Source of the DNA: a virus
Lineage: Duplodnaviria; Heunggongvirae; Uroviricota; Caudoviricetes
Strand: one strand, 5' to 3'
Length of the DNA: 25,512 nucleotides
Virus record (IMG/VR): IMGVR_UViG_2627853638_000001
Span: 1-25,512 of that record
Program-made: the position numbers and the translations under genes
Part shown: piece by piece, positions 8,981-18,510 of the stretch
Position numbering within the stretch: position 1 is the first letter of the stretch
How the letters are laid out: each line of letters begins with the position of its first letter
Notes under the pieces: generated by a model
The model's input: the letters and a program-made list of their open reading frames with translations, nothing else
What the model was told of the DNA's origin: nothing
The model's database searches: none

Positions 8981-9000
8981 GAGGCCCGCCCCCGGGCCTC
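8981..9000. terminator. GC-rich hairpin between convergent ipaH and the tail-fibre assembly gene
   Basis: GAGGCCCG cccc CGGGCCTC; no clear T-tract, so terminator function is uncertain. Confidence 0.3.
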
Positions 9001-9116
9001 CCCGGATTCATCCGTTTCCCTGTTCAGCCTGACAGCACGCCCCCGCGGCCGGATGACAGACTCCGCTTCGGTAAGCAAAGCGGTCTTCTGTGATTCCGCC
9101 AGTTGCGGCTTATTCA

Positions 9117-9680
9117 TTACTCAACGTCAAACGCCCGAATTGAAGCCAAATCATCCAGACCGCTCAGCTCCTCTTTCATTTCACGCTGACGGCGATAAAT
9201 CTCATCGTTGCGATCGACCTGCGCCTGCACCATTGCTGCCGCCAGTTCTTCCAGTTCCGGCATCGACAGTTTCACCTGCTGATTATCGGCATCGCTCCAC
9301 GCCATATGTGTTTGTGCTGTGACAGATTTTGCCAGCATGACTACCGGGGACAGGCGGCCCAGTGAGTCGGGACCAGCATTCCAGATACGACCGTTCCATT
9401 CAAACGTGAACGGCTTCGCCTCCTGTTCTGCGCGCCATGCTTCAATTTCCTGACGTCTGGCCTCTCTGGCCGCTTCCAGCATTTCTGGTGTCACAGTGAA
9501 TGGGGCTATCTCACCCCATTTGCCGCTTTGCAGTTCCTGCCAGATTTGCTGACCCGTCGGAGCGACATCATCAGCGGTGGCTGTGTAGGGGACTGCCTGG
9601 TCCCTGTCGTCAAAAAAAACGTCACAGTCTACTGCGCCACTTTCGGTATAACGGGGATTAATGATTTTTTTAATTTCCAC
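9117..9680 (-). CDS. Putative tail-fibre assembly or chaperone protein partnered with the Stf-like fibre
   Basis: Lies immediately downstream of the fibre gene on the same strand. Start assigned to a GTG with an AGGA RBS; it could instead be the ATG at 9740. It lacks the lambda Tfa C-terminal WP motif, so the family is uncertain. Confidence 0.4.
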   Translation of the reverse strand: MEIKKIINPRYTESGAVDCDVFFDDRDQAVPYTATADDVAPTGQQIWQELQSGKWGEIAPFTVTPEMLEAAREARRQEIEAWRAEQEAKPFTFEWNGRIWNAGPDSLGRLSPVVMLAKSVTAQTHMAWSDADNQQVKLSMPELEELAAAMVQAQVDRNDEIYRRQREMKEELSGLDDLASIRAFDVE

Positions 9681-9690
9681 GGTGCATTCC

Positions 9691-10959
9691 TCACGATGTG
9701 CGAATAAAAAGCCCGGGCATTGCGCCAGAGACATGTACATCCGGCCCCCCGGACAGGGCGCAATATGACCCCGGTAATGAATGCTCTGAACATCCCGTAA
9801 TGAAAAATTGTGGGGATGCTATATACGTTCCGGTGGGAGTACTGGGCACTGAAATCCCCACCGGTCCCAGTCGTGAGCCTCTGTATGACTGCCCCCTGAC
9901 AAGTCTGATGACTTTATCACCGTCAGCTTCTCCCTGGTACGCAGCAATAATCAGCCCGCCAATGTCAGGGTCTCCCCATCTGTTGCGGACAGAGCTCGCC
10001 ACGATTCTGTAAATAATATCTTCTGTGGTTATATTTATTTTCACCCAGCCAGTCAGTCTGGATATGGGCCAGTAGCAGTAGCGGGTGTGATAAATGGGGC
10101 CGTTAATGCCGTAAAAAGTAAGGGATTTGGCTCTGTACCGCGGTTCTGTTGTCTCAGGGCGTGCATCAGTCCACCGGATGCTGAGCACCCCTTCAAACCG
10201 TGTGTCGGGTATGATGATGTCGTAGGGGCCAGCAACGGAATATTCACCTGGCAGCGCATTCCTTACCCAGGCCAGGAAATCACTCTTAGTGTCAAAACGG
10301 ATAACATCTTCAGGCAGAAAAGCACACCCAAAGCCGAATGCGCCGGGTATCGCCAGACGGCCTTTTGTCCGGTCGTAAATGTCGCTCTGTGCTTCCATCG
10401 TGGCCGCACTTTTCAGCCCCAGATTATCCCGGGACTTCTGTTGTGCCTTTTCGCCTGCTGCTGCGATTTCTGACAGATGGTTAGCCATTTTCAGAGTGCC
10501 GGTCAGCGCAGCATCAATGTCATTTTTGGCCTGTTCTGCTGCGCGGGCATAACCTGCGGCTGCCGCCACATCCTGCGCCGTCTGCTGTGCGTTTCCGGCT
10601 GCGGCCCCGGCGCTCTGCTGCGCCTGCGCCACCATTTCCTCAAAGCGTTTGACGACATCCGGCTTCAGGTCGCCTTCATCGGGGGCAGTCAGAAAGTCAT
10701 TCAGCGTGCCGGGCTTTGAGTCGTCGTATACAGCAATGTCGCCAACACAGTACTCGTCGCGCCAGTCCCGTTTCAGATACACGCAATATTTTCCGACCTG
10801 TGCCTCAAACGAATATTCACCGTTATTTCCGGTCACTACATCAGCCCTGGTACGCATCACCACTTCTGAGGTGTTTACACGGGATTTCAGAATAATCTGG
10901 CATCCGGACATGGGGATGCCTGCGCCATCAGTCAGCGCACCTGATATCACTACAGACAT
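9691..10959 (-). CDS. Lambda Stf-like side tail fibre protein (short form), 422 aa
   Basis: The N-terminus MSVVISGALTDGAGIPMSGCQIILK...YDDSKPGTLNDFL resembles the lambda Stf N-terminal domain; an Ala/Gln-rich coiled region follows. Confidence 0.65.
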   Translation of the reverse strand: MSVVISGALTDGAGIPMSGCQIILKSRVNTSEVVMRTRADVVTGNNGEYSFEAQVGKYCVYLKRDWRDEYCVGDIAVYDDSKPGTLNDFLTAPDEGDLKPDVVKRFEEMVAQAQQSAGAAAGNAQQTAQDVAAAAGYARAAEQAKNDIDAALTGTLKMANHLSEIAAAGEKAQQKSRDNLGLKSAATMEAQSDIYDRTKGRLAIPGAFGFGCAFLPEDVIRFDTKSDFLAWVRNALPGEYSVAGPYDIIIPDTRFEGVLSIRWTDARPETTEPRYRAKSLTFYGINGPIYHTRYCYWPISRLTGWVKINITTEDIIYRIVASSVRNRWGDPDIGGLIIAAYQGEADGDKVIRLVRGQSYRGSRLGPVGISVPSTPTGTYIASPQFFITGCSEHSLPGSYCALSGGPDVHVSGAMPGLFIRTS

Positions 10960-10982
10960 AGTTTTTCTCGCGATAAATTAAA

Positions 10983-11528
10983 TCAGGAAGAACCTTCCGG
11001 AGAGACGGGCCATTCAATGGCGTTGTATGAGGATTTATCAGTGATGGCGCTGAAATCCATCGCCTGCAGCGATTTCGCGTAAATACGGTACGCTTTCAGT
11101 TTTTCCCGGTCTTCGTCGCTGATTAGCCCCAGCAGCAGGTCTTCTTCCCATTCCCCTGTCCGGGCACTGACCTGAGCCAGAAGGGCATCACGCTCATCTT
11201 CCGCTTTGAGTCTGTAGTCAAAGACAAATTCATCATTGCGGTAAAACCAGTAACCCGGCGCGGTAATGCGGCGGTTGGCGGTAATATCAGGAACTTCAAT
11301 AACACTGGCGTTACGGGGTTCAATGCCTGTCACATCCTTACCGACCCACACCACGCGCCCGTCTCCGGTGTAAACCATTTTTATGGTGTCACTGGCAAAG
11401 TTCTTCTGTTCTTCATACCAGTTTTTGCCGTCTTCCGAAAAAAGCCAGGTGACATCATACTGTTTTGTCAGCTGATATTGTTCCGCGGTTTTCGGATTAC
11501 CTGCCGTAATATTTTTTAAATGCAACAT
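10983..11528 (-). CDS. P2 gpG-like tail-fibre assembly protein, 181 aa
   Basis: N-terminus MLHLKNITAGNPKTAEQYQLTKQYDVTWLFSEDGKNWYEE closely parallels P2 G; the C-terminus carries the IEWP chaperone motif. Confidence 0.75.
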   Translation of the reverse strand: MLHLKNITAGNPKTAEQYQLTKQYDVTWLFSEDGKNWYEEQKNFASDTIKMVYTGDGRVVWVGKDVTGIEPRNASVIEVPDITANRRITAPGYWFYRNDEFVFDYRLKAEDERDALLAQVSARTGEWEEDLLLGLISDEDREKLKAYRIYAKSLQAMDFSAITDKSSYNAIEWPVSPEGSS

Positions 11529-11530
11529 TG

Positions 11531-12738
11531 TTAAATACTCGCTACGTTATACCAGATGCCATTAATCAGTTTTTGCAGCGGTCGGTAATACACACCGTTG
11601 ACGTTATCCGCTGAGTTACGGCCGGTATCCGATATCGATATCCCTGACAACCCGTGTCCCGAAGGTGAGCGAAACGTCCATGAAACGGTGTTGCTGCCAG
11701 GGTTGTAATACATTTCATAACCATACCGCACATCCTGTACCCCCTCAGTTCGATGTTTATAGCGGGCATCGAAGTTTCCGTAATTTAACGGAATTACCTG
11801 TCCGTTTACAGCGAATGTGATACTACCATCGGTATTTCTCTGGCTGTAGAAATGCCAGCCGGAATCATCACCAAGCTCTGCAACAACAGGCCTGGATGGA
11901 TTACCCCACAAATAAAACGCTGCATTTTTCGTGGAGTTGTTGGCGCTGGATAACGTGAATTTTTTAGCATTTCCGGCCTGAATATTTTTTAACGCTATCG
12001 CCACACCATTCTGGAAACGAAATACATGCTGTCCATTCGCATAAACATCCAGAATGCCGTCGCCGTTTTGTTTTATACCTGTATCGTTATCCCCGAAAGC
12101 AATTGAATTCCCCCCAGGGCGTTCTGAACGCCGATACCCAGCGCACCATTGACCTGCGAACCACCGCCAACAGACACTTTATGCGACATGGATATTTCAC
12201 CCGTCCGCAAATTAATGGTGAACGGGCGCAGGGGACCAATATCGCCATTTTCCCCCTGACCTTCACTGGTGGGAATAAGGTGCAGGCACTCTTCCGAACG
12301 ACGAAAAATCAGGCCAAAAGCTTCGTTGAAAATCCTCAGCGCATTAACACCACGGATTTTCAGCTCTCCGGTCATGGTGTCGCCATCACGCTGAACGGCA
12401 TTTTTTGCCTTATCCACCGTGGGTTTTAATCCGAGGTTTTCAACAGCCTCATCCCTGTCTTCCACATCCGAAAGGTTATTTTTTATCAGCAATGCCTCTT
12501 CGTTAATTGCACCGCCCACCAGCAATAATATAGCCTTATATAGCTGGTCGTGTTCTTCTTTATTCAGTTCTATCCCGGCCTTCTCAATGACACCACAGAT
12601 TTCCTCCTGAATGGCATTCCACATGGCACTGTTCAGCCAGGTAGCAAGACGTCCTGTGCGAAGATTTCCGTCAGTAAATCCGTTCTTACCCGGACCAAAC
12701 TTATCTTTTACCGCAGTCAGCGTATCAATCCTGTGCAT
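11531..12738 (-). pseudogene. P2 gpH-like tail fibre gene with a -1 frameshift at a C6/G6 homopolymer (12110-12115)
   Basis: Two consecutive ORFs (12073-12750 and 11531-12004) each match P2 H. Translating the gap in the +1 frame restores the H-like sequence GDNDTGIKQNGDGILDVYANGQHVFRFQNGVAIALKNIQAG. Confidence 0.65.
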
Positions 12739-13315
12739 CTTCATCCTCATCTGGATAGGAAAATAAAACGACGGTGTGTGACGGACATAATTTATTAATC
12801 ACGCACTCCGCAACCGTATCCCCCCACGTCCGGATCGGTGTGTTGCAGGCGTCCGTGCATGTCTGCCACTGAGCACCGGCATCCACCGGCAACGTCACAC
12901 GCCAGAAATAACGCCAGCGATCTCCCCATTCCGGATCGGGGCTTGCATCCAGGTGCTGGAACTGTTCGATCGTTACGCCGGTATATCCCAGCGCCTCAAG
13001 CTGATCCAGGAAGAACTGCTCATTTATGCCACCAGCCACATTGGCTTTTGCTTCAAGACGTTGCTGACGCTGGCGTAATGTCTGGGTTCCGACAGGGGAA
13101 CAGGAATCAGGTAAACCATACAATTCTTCATAACGTTCAATCAGCTCTGTGGACTGACCGGGATCGATTTCAATCACCAGTTCATCAGCCCGCTGGTGAA
13201 CACGCACAAGCGATGGTGCCAGACCGTCAAGTACACCGTCGGTATCTGACCATGCAGGCCCCGGCTGCATCAGTCCGTACAGCAGCTTTGTATAATCATC
13301 CTGTAACGAATCCAT
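12725..13315 (-). CDS. Phage tail protein, P2 gpI / e14 YmfQ-like (DUF2313-type), 196 aa
   Basis: Sits immediately upstream of the H-like fibre gene, as in P2-like baseplate-fibre modules. The family call is from memory. Confidence 0.5.
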   Translation of the reverse strand: MDSLQDDYTKLLYGLMQPGPAWSDTDGVLDGLAPSLVRVHQRADELVIEIDPGQSTELIERYEELYGLPDSCSPVGTQTLRQRQQRLEAKANVAGGINEQFFLDQLEALGYTGVTIEQFQHLDASPDPEWGDRWRYFWRVTLPVDAGAQWQTCTDACNTPIRTWGDTVAECVINKLCPSHTVVLFSYPDEDEDAQD

Positions 13316-13490
13316 TATTTACTCCTTGCCGGGTCATAAGCCTGCCAGGTGATCTCGCCGAGCACCGGAAGCTCGGTCTCCCCCAGGTCAATATCCGATG
13401 AAGGGACGATTAACCGGTGGGCCACTTCACCAGCAGACAAACTGATGGCCTCACTGATTCTGGACAGATACATACGCCCCTCTGGCACAC
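13315..13490 (-). pseudogene. 3' remnant (about 58 codons) of a baseplate J-like gene, truncated by IS600
   Basis: The frame runs from inside IS600 into phage DNA and its stop overlaps the gpI-like start. Assigned by position in the module only. Confidence 0.3.
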
Positions 13491-13554
13491 TGAGGTAGCC
13501 TGAGTTTAACGGACACTCCTTCCTGAAATAGAATGGCATCAGAAGGAGCTAATA

Positions 13555-13857
13555 ATGAGCAGAAAAAACCAACGTTACTCTAAAGAGTTCAAAGCCGAAG
13601 CTGTCAGAACGGTTCTTGAAAATCAACTTTCGATCAGTGAAGGCGCTTCCCGATTATCCCTTCCTGAAGGCACTTTAGGACAATGGGTTACCGCCGCCAG
13701 AAAAGGGCTCGGTACTCCTGGTTCCCGCACGGTGGCTGAACTGGAATCTGAAATTCTGCAACTGCGTAAGGCGTTAAATGAAGCTCGCCTTGAGCGAGAT
13801 ATATTAAAAAAAGCAACAGCGTATTTTGCACAGGAGTCGCTGAAAAATACGCGTTAA
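13555..13857 (+). CDS. IS600 OrfA (HTH transposase component)
   Basis: MSRKNQRYSKEFKAEAVRTVLENQLSISE..., a typical IS3-family OrfA. Confidence 0.85.
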   Translation: MSRKNQRYSKEFKAEAVRTVLENQLSISEGASRLSLPEGTLGQWVTAARKGLGTPGSRTVAELESEILQLRKALNEARLERDILKKATAYFAQESLKNTR

Positions 13858-13892
13858 TCGAACAATGGCGACAACAATTTCCCATTGAAGCG

Positions 13893-14711
13893 ATGTGTCA
13901 GGTATTTGGTGTATCCAGGAGCGGTTATTACAACTGGGTACAGCATGAACCCTCAGACAGAAAACAAAGTGATGAGCGGCTAAAACTGGAGATTAAGGTG
14001 GCACATATCCGCACTCGCGAAACATATGGAACCCGGCGGCTCCAGACGGAGCTGGCAGAGAATGGCATCATCGTTGGTCGTGACCGACTGGCACGTCTTC
14101 GTAAGGAGCTAAGGCTACGCTGTAAGCAGAAACGCAAGTTCAGAGCGACTACGAACCCGAACCACAATCTGCCAGTTGCGCCAAATCTGCTGAACCAGAC
14201 GTTCGCTCCTACAGCACCAAATCAGGTCTGGGTGGCGGACCTGACGTATGTTGCCACACAGGAGGGATGGTTGTACCTCGCTGGCATCAAAGATGTTTAT
14301 ACGTGCGAAATTGTCGGCTACGCCATGGGAGAGCGCATGACAAAAGAGCTGACAGGTAAAGCCCTGTTTATGGCGCTCAGGAGCCAGCGCCCACCTGCCG
14401 GGCTAATCCACCACTCTGATCGAGGTTCACAGTACTGCGCATACGATTACCGGGTCATACAGGAGCAGTCTGGTCTGAAAACATCAATGTCGCGTAAAGG
14501 TCACTGTTACGACAACGCTCCGATGGAAAGCTTCTGGGGAACGCTGAAAAATGAGAGCCTGAGCCACTATCGTTTTAATAACCGGGATGAAGCCATCTCA
14601 GTAATACGGGAATACATTGAGATTTTCTACAATCGTCAGCGTCGTCACTCTCGTCTGGGGAATATCTCCCCGGCAGCCTTCAGGGAAAAATATCATCAGA
14701 TGGCTGCTTAA
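13893..14711 (+). CDS. IS600 OrfB (DDE transposase catalytic domain; normally expressed as an OrfAB fusion by -1 frameshift)
   Basis: DDE/rve-type motifs (...HSDRGSQY...); lies in the -1 frame relative to orfA. Confidence 0.85.
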   Translation: MCQVFGVSRSGYYNWVQHEPSDRKQSDERLKLEIKVAHIRTRETYGTRRLQTELAENGIIVGRDRLARLRKELRLRCKQKRKFRATTNPNHNLPVAPNLLNQTFAPTAPNQVWVADLTYVATQEGWLYLAGIKDVYTCEIVGYAMGERMTKELTGKALFMALRSQRPPAGLIHHSDRGSQYCAYDYRVIQEQSGLKTSMSRKGHCYDNAPMESFWGTLKNESLSHYRFNNRDEAISVIREYIEIFYNRQRRHSRLGNISPAAFREKYHQMAA

Positions 14712-14754
14712 AAAAAGAACAAATGGTAGTGTCCGCTATTGCCAGTACACCTCA

Positions 14755-15510
14755 CTGAGCCGGAGATTCCGGATCAACGGCAATGCTGACCACCGTCTCT
14801 TCCTGTGGTGGATTCTGTTGCTGGTGGGCGTGAGGCAGCAGCGCAAGATTTTTTGTGCGCTGCTTCAGTATGCTGGTGGCGGTCTGCTCTCCCGGCACGA
14901 TGTCGCTTTCACGGTACATTGAGCGGATTTTTTCCGCACGCAACCCCAGCGAACGACGTAATACTGCTTCCGGTAGCGCGTCCGCCACCTGATTGCGGAC
15001 CGCCCACCAGGATAATTCAGCCAGAGATAATTCACGCTCCTGCGTACCGCTTATTGCGTGACCGATGACGTCAATCATCCATGCTGACAGGTTTTGATGA
15101 GCAAGTTGCTCGAGTGATTCGGATGTCTGGTCACGCAACTGGTTGTCGCAGTGCCAGCACAACACCATTGCGCCGGTACCATAACGGTGAATGACGGTTT
15201 CGCTGTGATGATAATCGCCGTGTGGCCACTGGCAGGATTTAATATGGCGCAACAGCCAGTCAGACAATGCACCAGCACCACCAGCAGCACGAATCACCCG
15301 TGCGTTACTGAAAAACGGCAGCAATGTTTTGTCTTCCACTAGCGGCTGGCGAACGGCAGGAACGACCCCGGACGGCAGATTACGCATGCTTTTCGGTTCC
15401 GGCTCCACCAGTACCCGGGTATTGTGGAATACCGGCATGGATTCACGGCCTGGCTTAAGGACCACCAGCCCGAGTTCCGGAACCAGAACAGGTCGAAGTA
15501 ATACCCGCAC
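14755..15510 (-). pseudogene. Qin-like prophage protein (possibly YdfU/DUF968-like), 3' end truncated by IS600
   Basis: The ORF reads straight into the IS600 right end and stops there. It lies next to hokD as ydfU does in K-12 Qin. The family call is weak. Confidence 0.3.
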
Positions 15511-15511
15511 A

Positions 15512-15919
15512 TTACCTCCAGATCCGTTGCTGGAATGTGCAGGACGGACGCGGTGGCCGTTCGGAATAAGGGAGCCTGACGAAGATTATCCAGTGACGAT
15601 AATCGAGACTGAGGGCTTTCTTAATCTCGTATCCGTGTCTGCGGTAGCGCTGAATCAGCCATTCAGCCTGTTCTTCGGTGCAGGGGTCGTGCTGATACCA
15701 GTCAGATTTGAATGCATGAGAACGCCGCCCGTGCCTGCTGGCAGGCGCGGCAGAGTTATCCGAATTGTAAAATTTGGTATCGTGCGCCATCTGTTTTCTC
15801 TGCTGGCGCAGCAGGTGCCAGTTGTTCAGGCTGACGGATGGATTGTAAACCAGAACGACCAGAAAAAACAAAACCCGCCGAAGCGGGTTAAGTGCGGGTG
15901 CGTTGAGGATGCCTGACAC
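15512..15919 (-). CDS. Hypothetical prophage protein between hokD and the YdfU-like fragment (start uncertain)
   Basis: ORF only; about 1 frame offset from the downstream ORF, so it could also be the frameshifted N-terminal part of the same gene. Confidence 0.3.
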   Translation of the reverse strand: MSGILNAPALNPLRRVLFFLVVLVYNPSVSLNNWHLLRQQRKQMAHDTKFYNSDNSAAPASRHGRRSHAFKSDWYQHDPCTEEQAEWLIQRYRRHGYEIKKALSLDYRHWIIFVRLPYSERPPRPSCTFQQRIWR

Positions 15920-15957
15920 ATCAGCGGTGGCGAGGGATTTCTCCCCCGCCGGGTCTC

Positions 15958-16113
15958 TTACTCCTCAGGTTCGTAAGCTGTGAAGACAGCGACCTCCGTC
16001 TGGCCGGTTCGGATTCGTACCTCGCAGAGGTCTTTCCTCGTTACCAGTGCCGTCACTATGACGGTTAAACAGATGACGATAAGGGCGATTAACATCGCCT
16101 TTTGCTGCTTCAT
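15958..16113 (-). CDS. hokD: Hok/Gef-family membrane toxin HokD (RelF), 51 aa
   Basis: MKQQKAMLIALIVICLTVIVTALVTRKDLCEVRIRTGQTEVAVFTAYEPEE matches K-12 HokD as I recall it. The longer track ORF is an in-frame upstream extension. Confidence 0.85.
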   Translation of the reverse strand: MKQQKAMLIALIVICLTVIVTALVTRKDLCEVRIRTGQTEVAVFTAYEPEE

Positions 16114-16764
16114 AGCCTGCTTCTCCTTGCCTTTCGGCACGTAAGAGGCTAACCTACATGTGTTCAGCATGGATTGAGCCTCAGATTAATGTTAAGCGTC
16201 TTGCAGGACGCGTAGTGTTAACTGGGGCTTTTCTCTATCTGCCTTTTGGTGTTCATGCCTGAGACAGATAGCCTCAAGCACCCGCAGTCATTCTACTTAA
16301 CTAAGATTTCCCTGCAAACCGTTTTTGTCCGGCACAGTAAATATCCAACTAAACCAATAGCGTTCGCTGTATTTACCGCCAGTATTCAATGCACATGACC
16401 GCCATGAACACCCCTAAAAAAAGGGCATTTATATGTCCAAACATTAATATCAAAACATCAATTTTTTCCATATACCTTGCTGTGAAGATGATGGGCATAC
16501 ATGATGCGAACAACCAGAACGCAACAAACAAAAACTGCAATGCGTTTTTCATTATTCCCCCTACAATCAATGTGCAATAACATTTAAACACACCTCAATT
16601 TGGCCGGACATATAAATATCTAAACCAGAAAAAATCACTTACATAGCGTTACAAACTCTTTAGTCTAAATACTCATCGTAAAACATTCCCCATACTTATC
16701 AGTCCGTTCCGCGCCAGGTAGCTTATTGCCTTATCTGGCAACCTATAATCAGGTTTCCGCTTTT

Positions 16765-17187
16765 TCAGTTGGCTGGTCGTTTAACCGACATAGTTAACCC
16801 ATTAATCTGGTTGCCGGATGCTGGTGGATTTTCGCGTTTTAGTTGTTCATAAAAGTGCACAGCTTTAACCAGTTCTTCTGATGTAACCGGGACTGGTGGG
16901 GCAGTGAATAAGGCCTGAATTTCATAGTTCGGCCTGTCGTTACAATCCTCTTTTTTCGGTACATATTTCCAGTCACCAACCCACAACTCCCCCTGAGAGT
17001 CCATAACACCTTTTTTCACGTAGCGATATCGCCACGCTATCGGCTCTGCTTCCAGCGATGCCCGTGCAATTTTGAATAACTCGCCCTCTACTCGCGCCAT
17101 CCCTGAATTGGGGTGGCATTTCGTAATCGCTATTTTTAATTTGGCTTCTTCGATTAATTGTTCTTTTGTTAATTCAGTCATTTTCAT
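16765..17187 (-). CDS. Hypothetical prophage protein, 140 aa
   Basis: Start at MKMTELTKEQ with RBS AAGGG. IS1 sits 11 bp upstream of the start codon, so the native promoter is displaced. Confidence 0.4.
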   Translation of the reverse strand: MKMTELTKEQLIEEAKLKIAITKCHPNSGMARVEGELFKIARASLEAEPIAWRYRYVKKGVMDSQGELWVGDWKYVPKKEDCNDRPNYEIQALFTAPPVPVTSEELVKAVHFYEQLKRENPPASGNQINGLTMSVKRPAN

Positions 17188-17197
17188 TACCGCCCTT

Positions 17198-17206
17198 TCA
17201 GGCGGC
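17198..17206. repeat. IS1 target-site duplication, left copy (TCAGGCGGC)
   Basis: Identical 9-mer directly flanks both ends of IS1 copy 1. Confidence 0.85.
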
Positions 17207-17261
17207 GGTAATGCTGCCAACTTACTGATTTAGTGTATGATGGTGATTTTAAGGTGCTTGC

Positions 17262-17537
17262 GTGGCTTCCATTTCCATCAGATGTCCTTCCTGCTCCGCT
17301 ACTGAAGGCGTGGTGCGTAACGGCAAAAGCACTGCCGGACATCAGCGCTATCTCTGCTCTCATTGCCGTAAAACATGGCAACTACAGTTCACTTACACCG
17401 CCTCTCAGCCCGGTACGCACCAGAAAATCATTGATATGGCCATGAATGGCGTCGGATGTCGCGCCAGTGCACGCATTATGGGCGTTGGCCTCAACACGGT
17501 TTTACGTCACTTAAAAAACTCAGGCCGCAGTCGGTAA
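17262..17537 (+). CDS. insA: IS1 InsA
   Basis: [37 protein letters not shown]... (zinc-finger/HTH). Confidence 0.9.
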   Translation: MASISIRCPSCSATEGVVRNGKSTAGHQRYLCSHCRKTWQLQFTYTASQPGTHQKIIDMAMNGVGCRASARIMGVGLNTVLRHLKNSGRSR

Positions 17538-17959
17538 CCTCGCGCATACAACCGGGCAGTGATGTGATTGTCTGCGCTGAAATGGACGAACAGTGGGGCT
17601 ACGTCGGTGCTAAATCACGTCAGCGCTGGCTGTTTTACGCGTATGACAGGATACGGAGGACGGTTGTGGCGCACGTCTTCGGTGAACGCACTCTGGCCAC
17701 ACTGGAGCGTCTTCTGAGCCTGCTGTCGGCCTTTGAGGTCGTGGTATGGATGACGGATGGCTGGCCGCTGTATGAATCACGCCTGAAGGGAAAGCTGCAC
17801 GTTATCAGCAAGCGTTACACTCAGCGCATTGAGCGACATAATCTGAATCTGAGACAACATCTGGCAAGGCTGGGACGGAAGTCACTGTCGTTCTCAAAAT
17901 CGGTGGAGCTGCATGACAAGGTCATCGGGCATTATCTGAACATAAAACACTATCAGTAA
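17456..17959 (+). CDS. insB: IS1 insB reading frame (expressed as InsAB' transposase by -1 frameshift)
   Basis: Matches InsB; frameshift site TTAAAAAAC at 17510-17518. Confidence 0.85.
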   Translation: MSRQCTHYGRWPQHGFTSLKKLRPQSVTSRIQPGSDVIVCAEMDEQWGYVGAKSRQRWLFYAYDRIRRTVVAHVFGERTLATLERLLSLLSAFEVVVWMTDGWPLYESRLKGKLHVISKRYTQRIERHNLNLRQHLARLGRKSLSFSKSVELHDKVIGHYLNIKHYQ

Positions 17960-17974
17960 GTTGGAGTCATTACC

Positions 17975-17983
17975 TCAGGCGGC
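17975..17983. repeat. IS1 target-site duplication, right copy (TCAGGCGGC)
   Basis: Identical to 17198-17206. Confidence 0.85.
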
Positions 17984-18054
17984 CTCCTGATGTTCTGAGG
18001 GTGCAGAAATCCCTCCGGTTAAGGATTAAATTTTATTTGCTGTGCTAAATTTAA

Positions 18055-18510
18055 TTATTCAGTTTTTATTCCTGCTCTCAAAACAGCCTCTGCCATTCTG
18101 ATATCCGGATTTTCTGAAATCATCTTTTCCGGCGAGTCGCAATCACCACCACATTCAGTTATGCGTTCATGACCAAAACGAATTGTGGTTTTGTGCGCAT
18201 TAATCATTTGTGTAAGCGCATCTGTCAATTCTGCAATGCGTTTGTCTTTAACTTCCAGCTCTTTCAGTAAAGCCAGTACGTCAGGAGCGCTAACATCAAC
18301 GACGGTTACGCGCGATTTCAGGTAATGCTCATCCGCAAAAGTTCGACCAGTTTTAAAATATCCATCATCCCCCTCACCTGTGCAGGCATACACAATATGC
18401 GTTCTGGAAAATATGCGCTGTATCGACATTTCATCGCCACAAACAGGACATTCCGGCACCTGAATTGGTGAATAACGTTCACGTAATGCCTGGTAATTAG
18501 TCTTGCACAC
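18055..18510 (-). CDS. Hypothetical prophage early protein with a CxxC zinc-ribbon-like N-terminus, 151 aa
   Basis: ECPVCGDEMS motif. GTG start with strong AGGAG RBS; overlaps the stop of the upstream gene. Confidence 0.45.
   Translation of the reverse strand: MCKTNYQALRERYSPIQVPECPVCGDEMSIQRIFSRTHIVYACTGEGDDGYFKTGRTFADEHYLKSRVTVVDVSAPDVLALLKELEVKDKRIAELTDALTQMINAHKTTIRFGHERITECGGDCDSPEKMISENPDIRMAEAVLRAGIKTE

Larger units (their letters stand above)
13491..14754 (+). mobile_element. IS600 (IS3 family), apparently complete, 1264 bp by my boundaries (TG...CA ends)
   Basis: Left end TGAGGTAGCCTGAGTTTAACGGACAC and right end ...GTACACCTCA. Contains orfA, orfB and an A7G slippery site at 13806-13813. 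Flanking triplets (CAC and CTG) do not form a 3-bp target duplication. Confidence 0.85.
17207..17974 (+). mobile_element. IS1 copy 1, 768 bp, complete, with 9-bp target duplication
   Basis: Ends GGTAATGCTGCCAACTTACTGAT ... ATCAGTAAGTTGGAGTCATTACC. Contains insA, insB and the A6C slippery site at 17510-17518. Confidence 0.9.

Noticed and set aside
9117-13315. Possible invertible tail-fibre (G/P-type) segment with a Pin/Gin invertase
   Set aside because: All fibre and chaperone genes are on the same strand and no serine-invertase ORF is present in the window.
12838-13401. 187-aa plus-strand ORF opposite the gpI-like gene
   Set aside because: Antisense to a gene with clear phage-module context; Arg/Pro/His-rich composition typical of a GC-rich shadow frame.
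16373-16591. 72-aa hydrophobic ORF as a candidate small membrane toxin
   Set aside because: Lies in an AT-rich stretch where hydrophobic open frames arise by chance; no clear RBS and an overlapping opposite-strand ORF of similar size. Kept only as a low-priority note in the findings.
17187-17445. Extra ORFs overlapping the IS1 ends (17187-17381, 17233-17445, and the mirrored ones in copy 2)
   Set aside because: Alternative frames within IS1 overlapping insA; not known IS1 genes.
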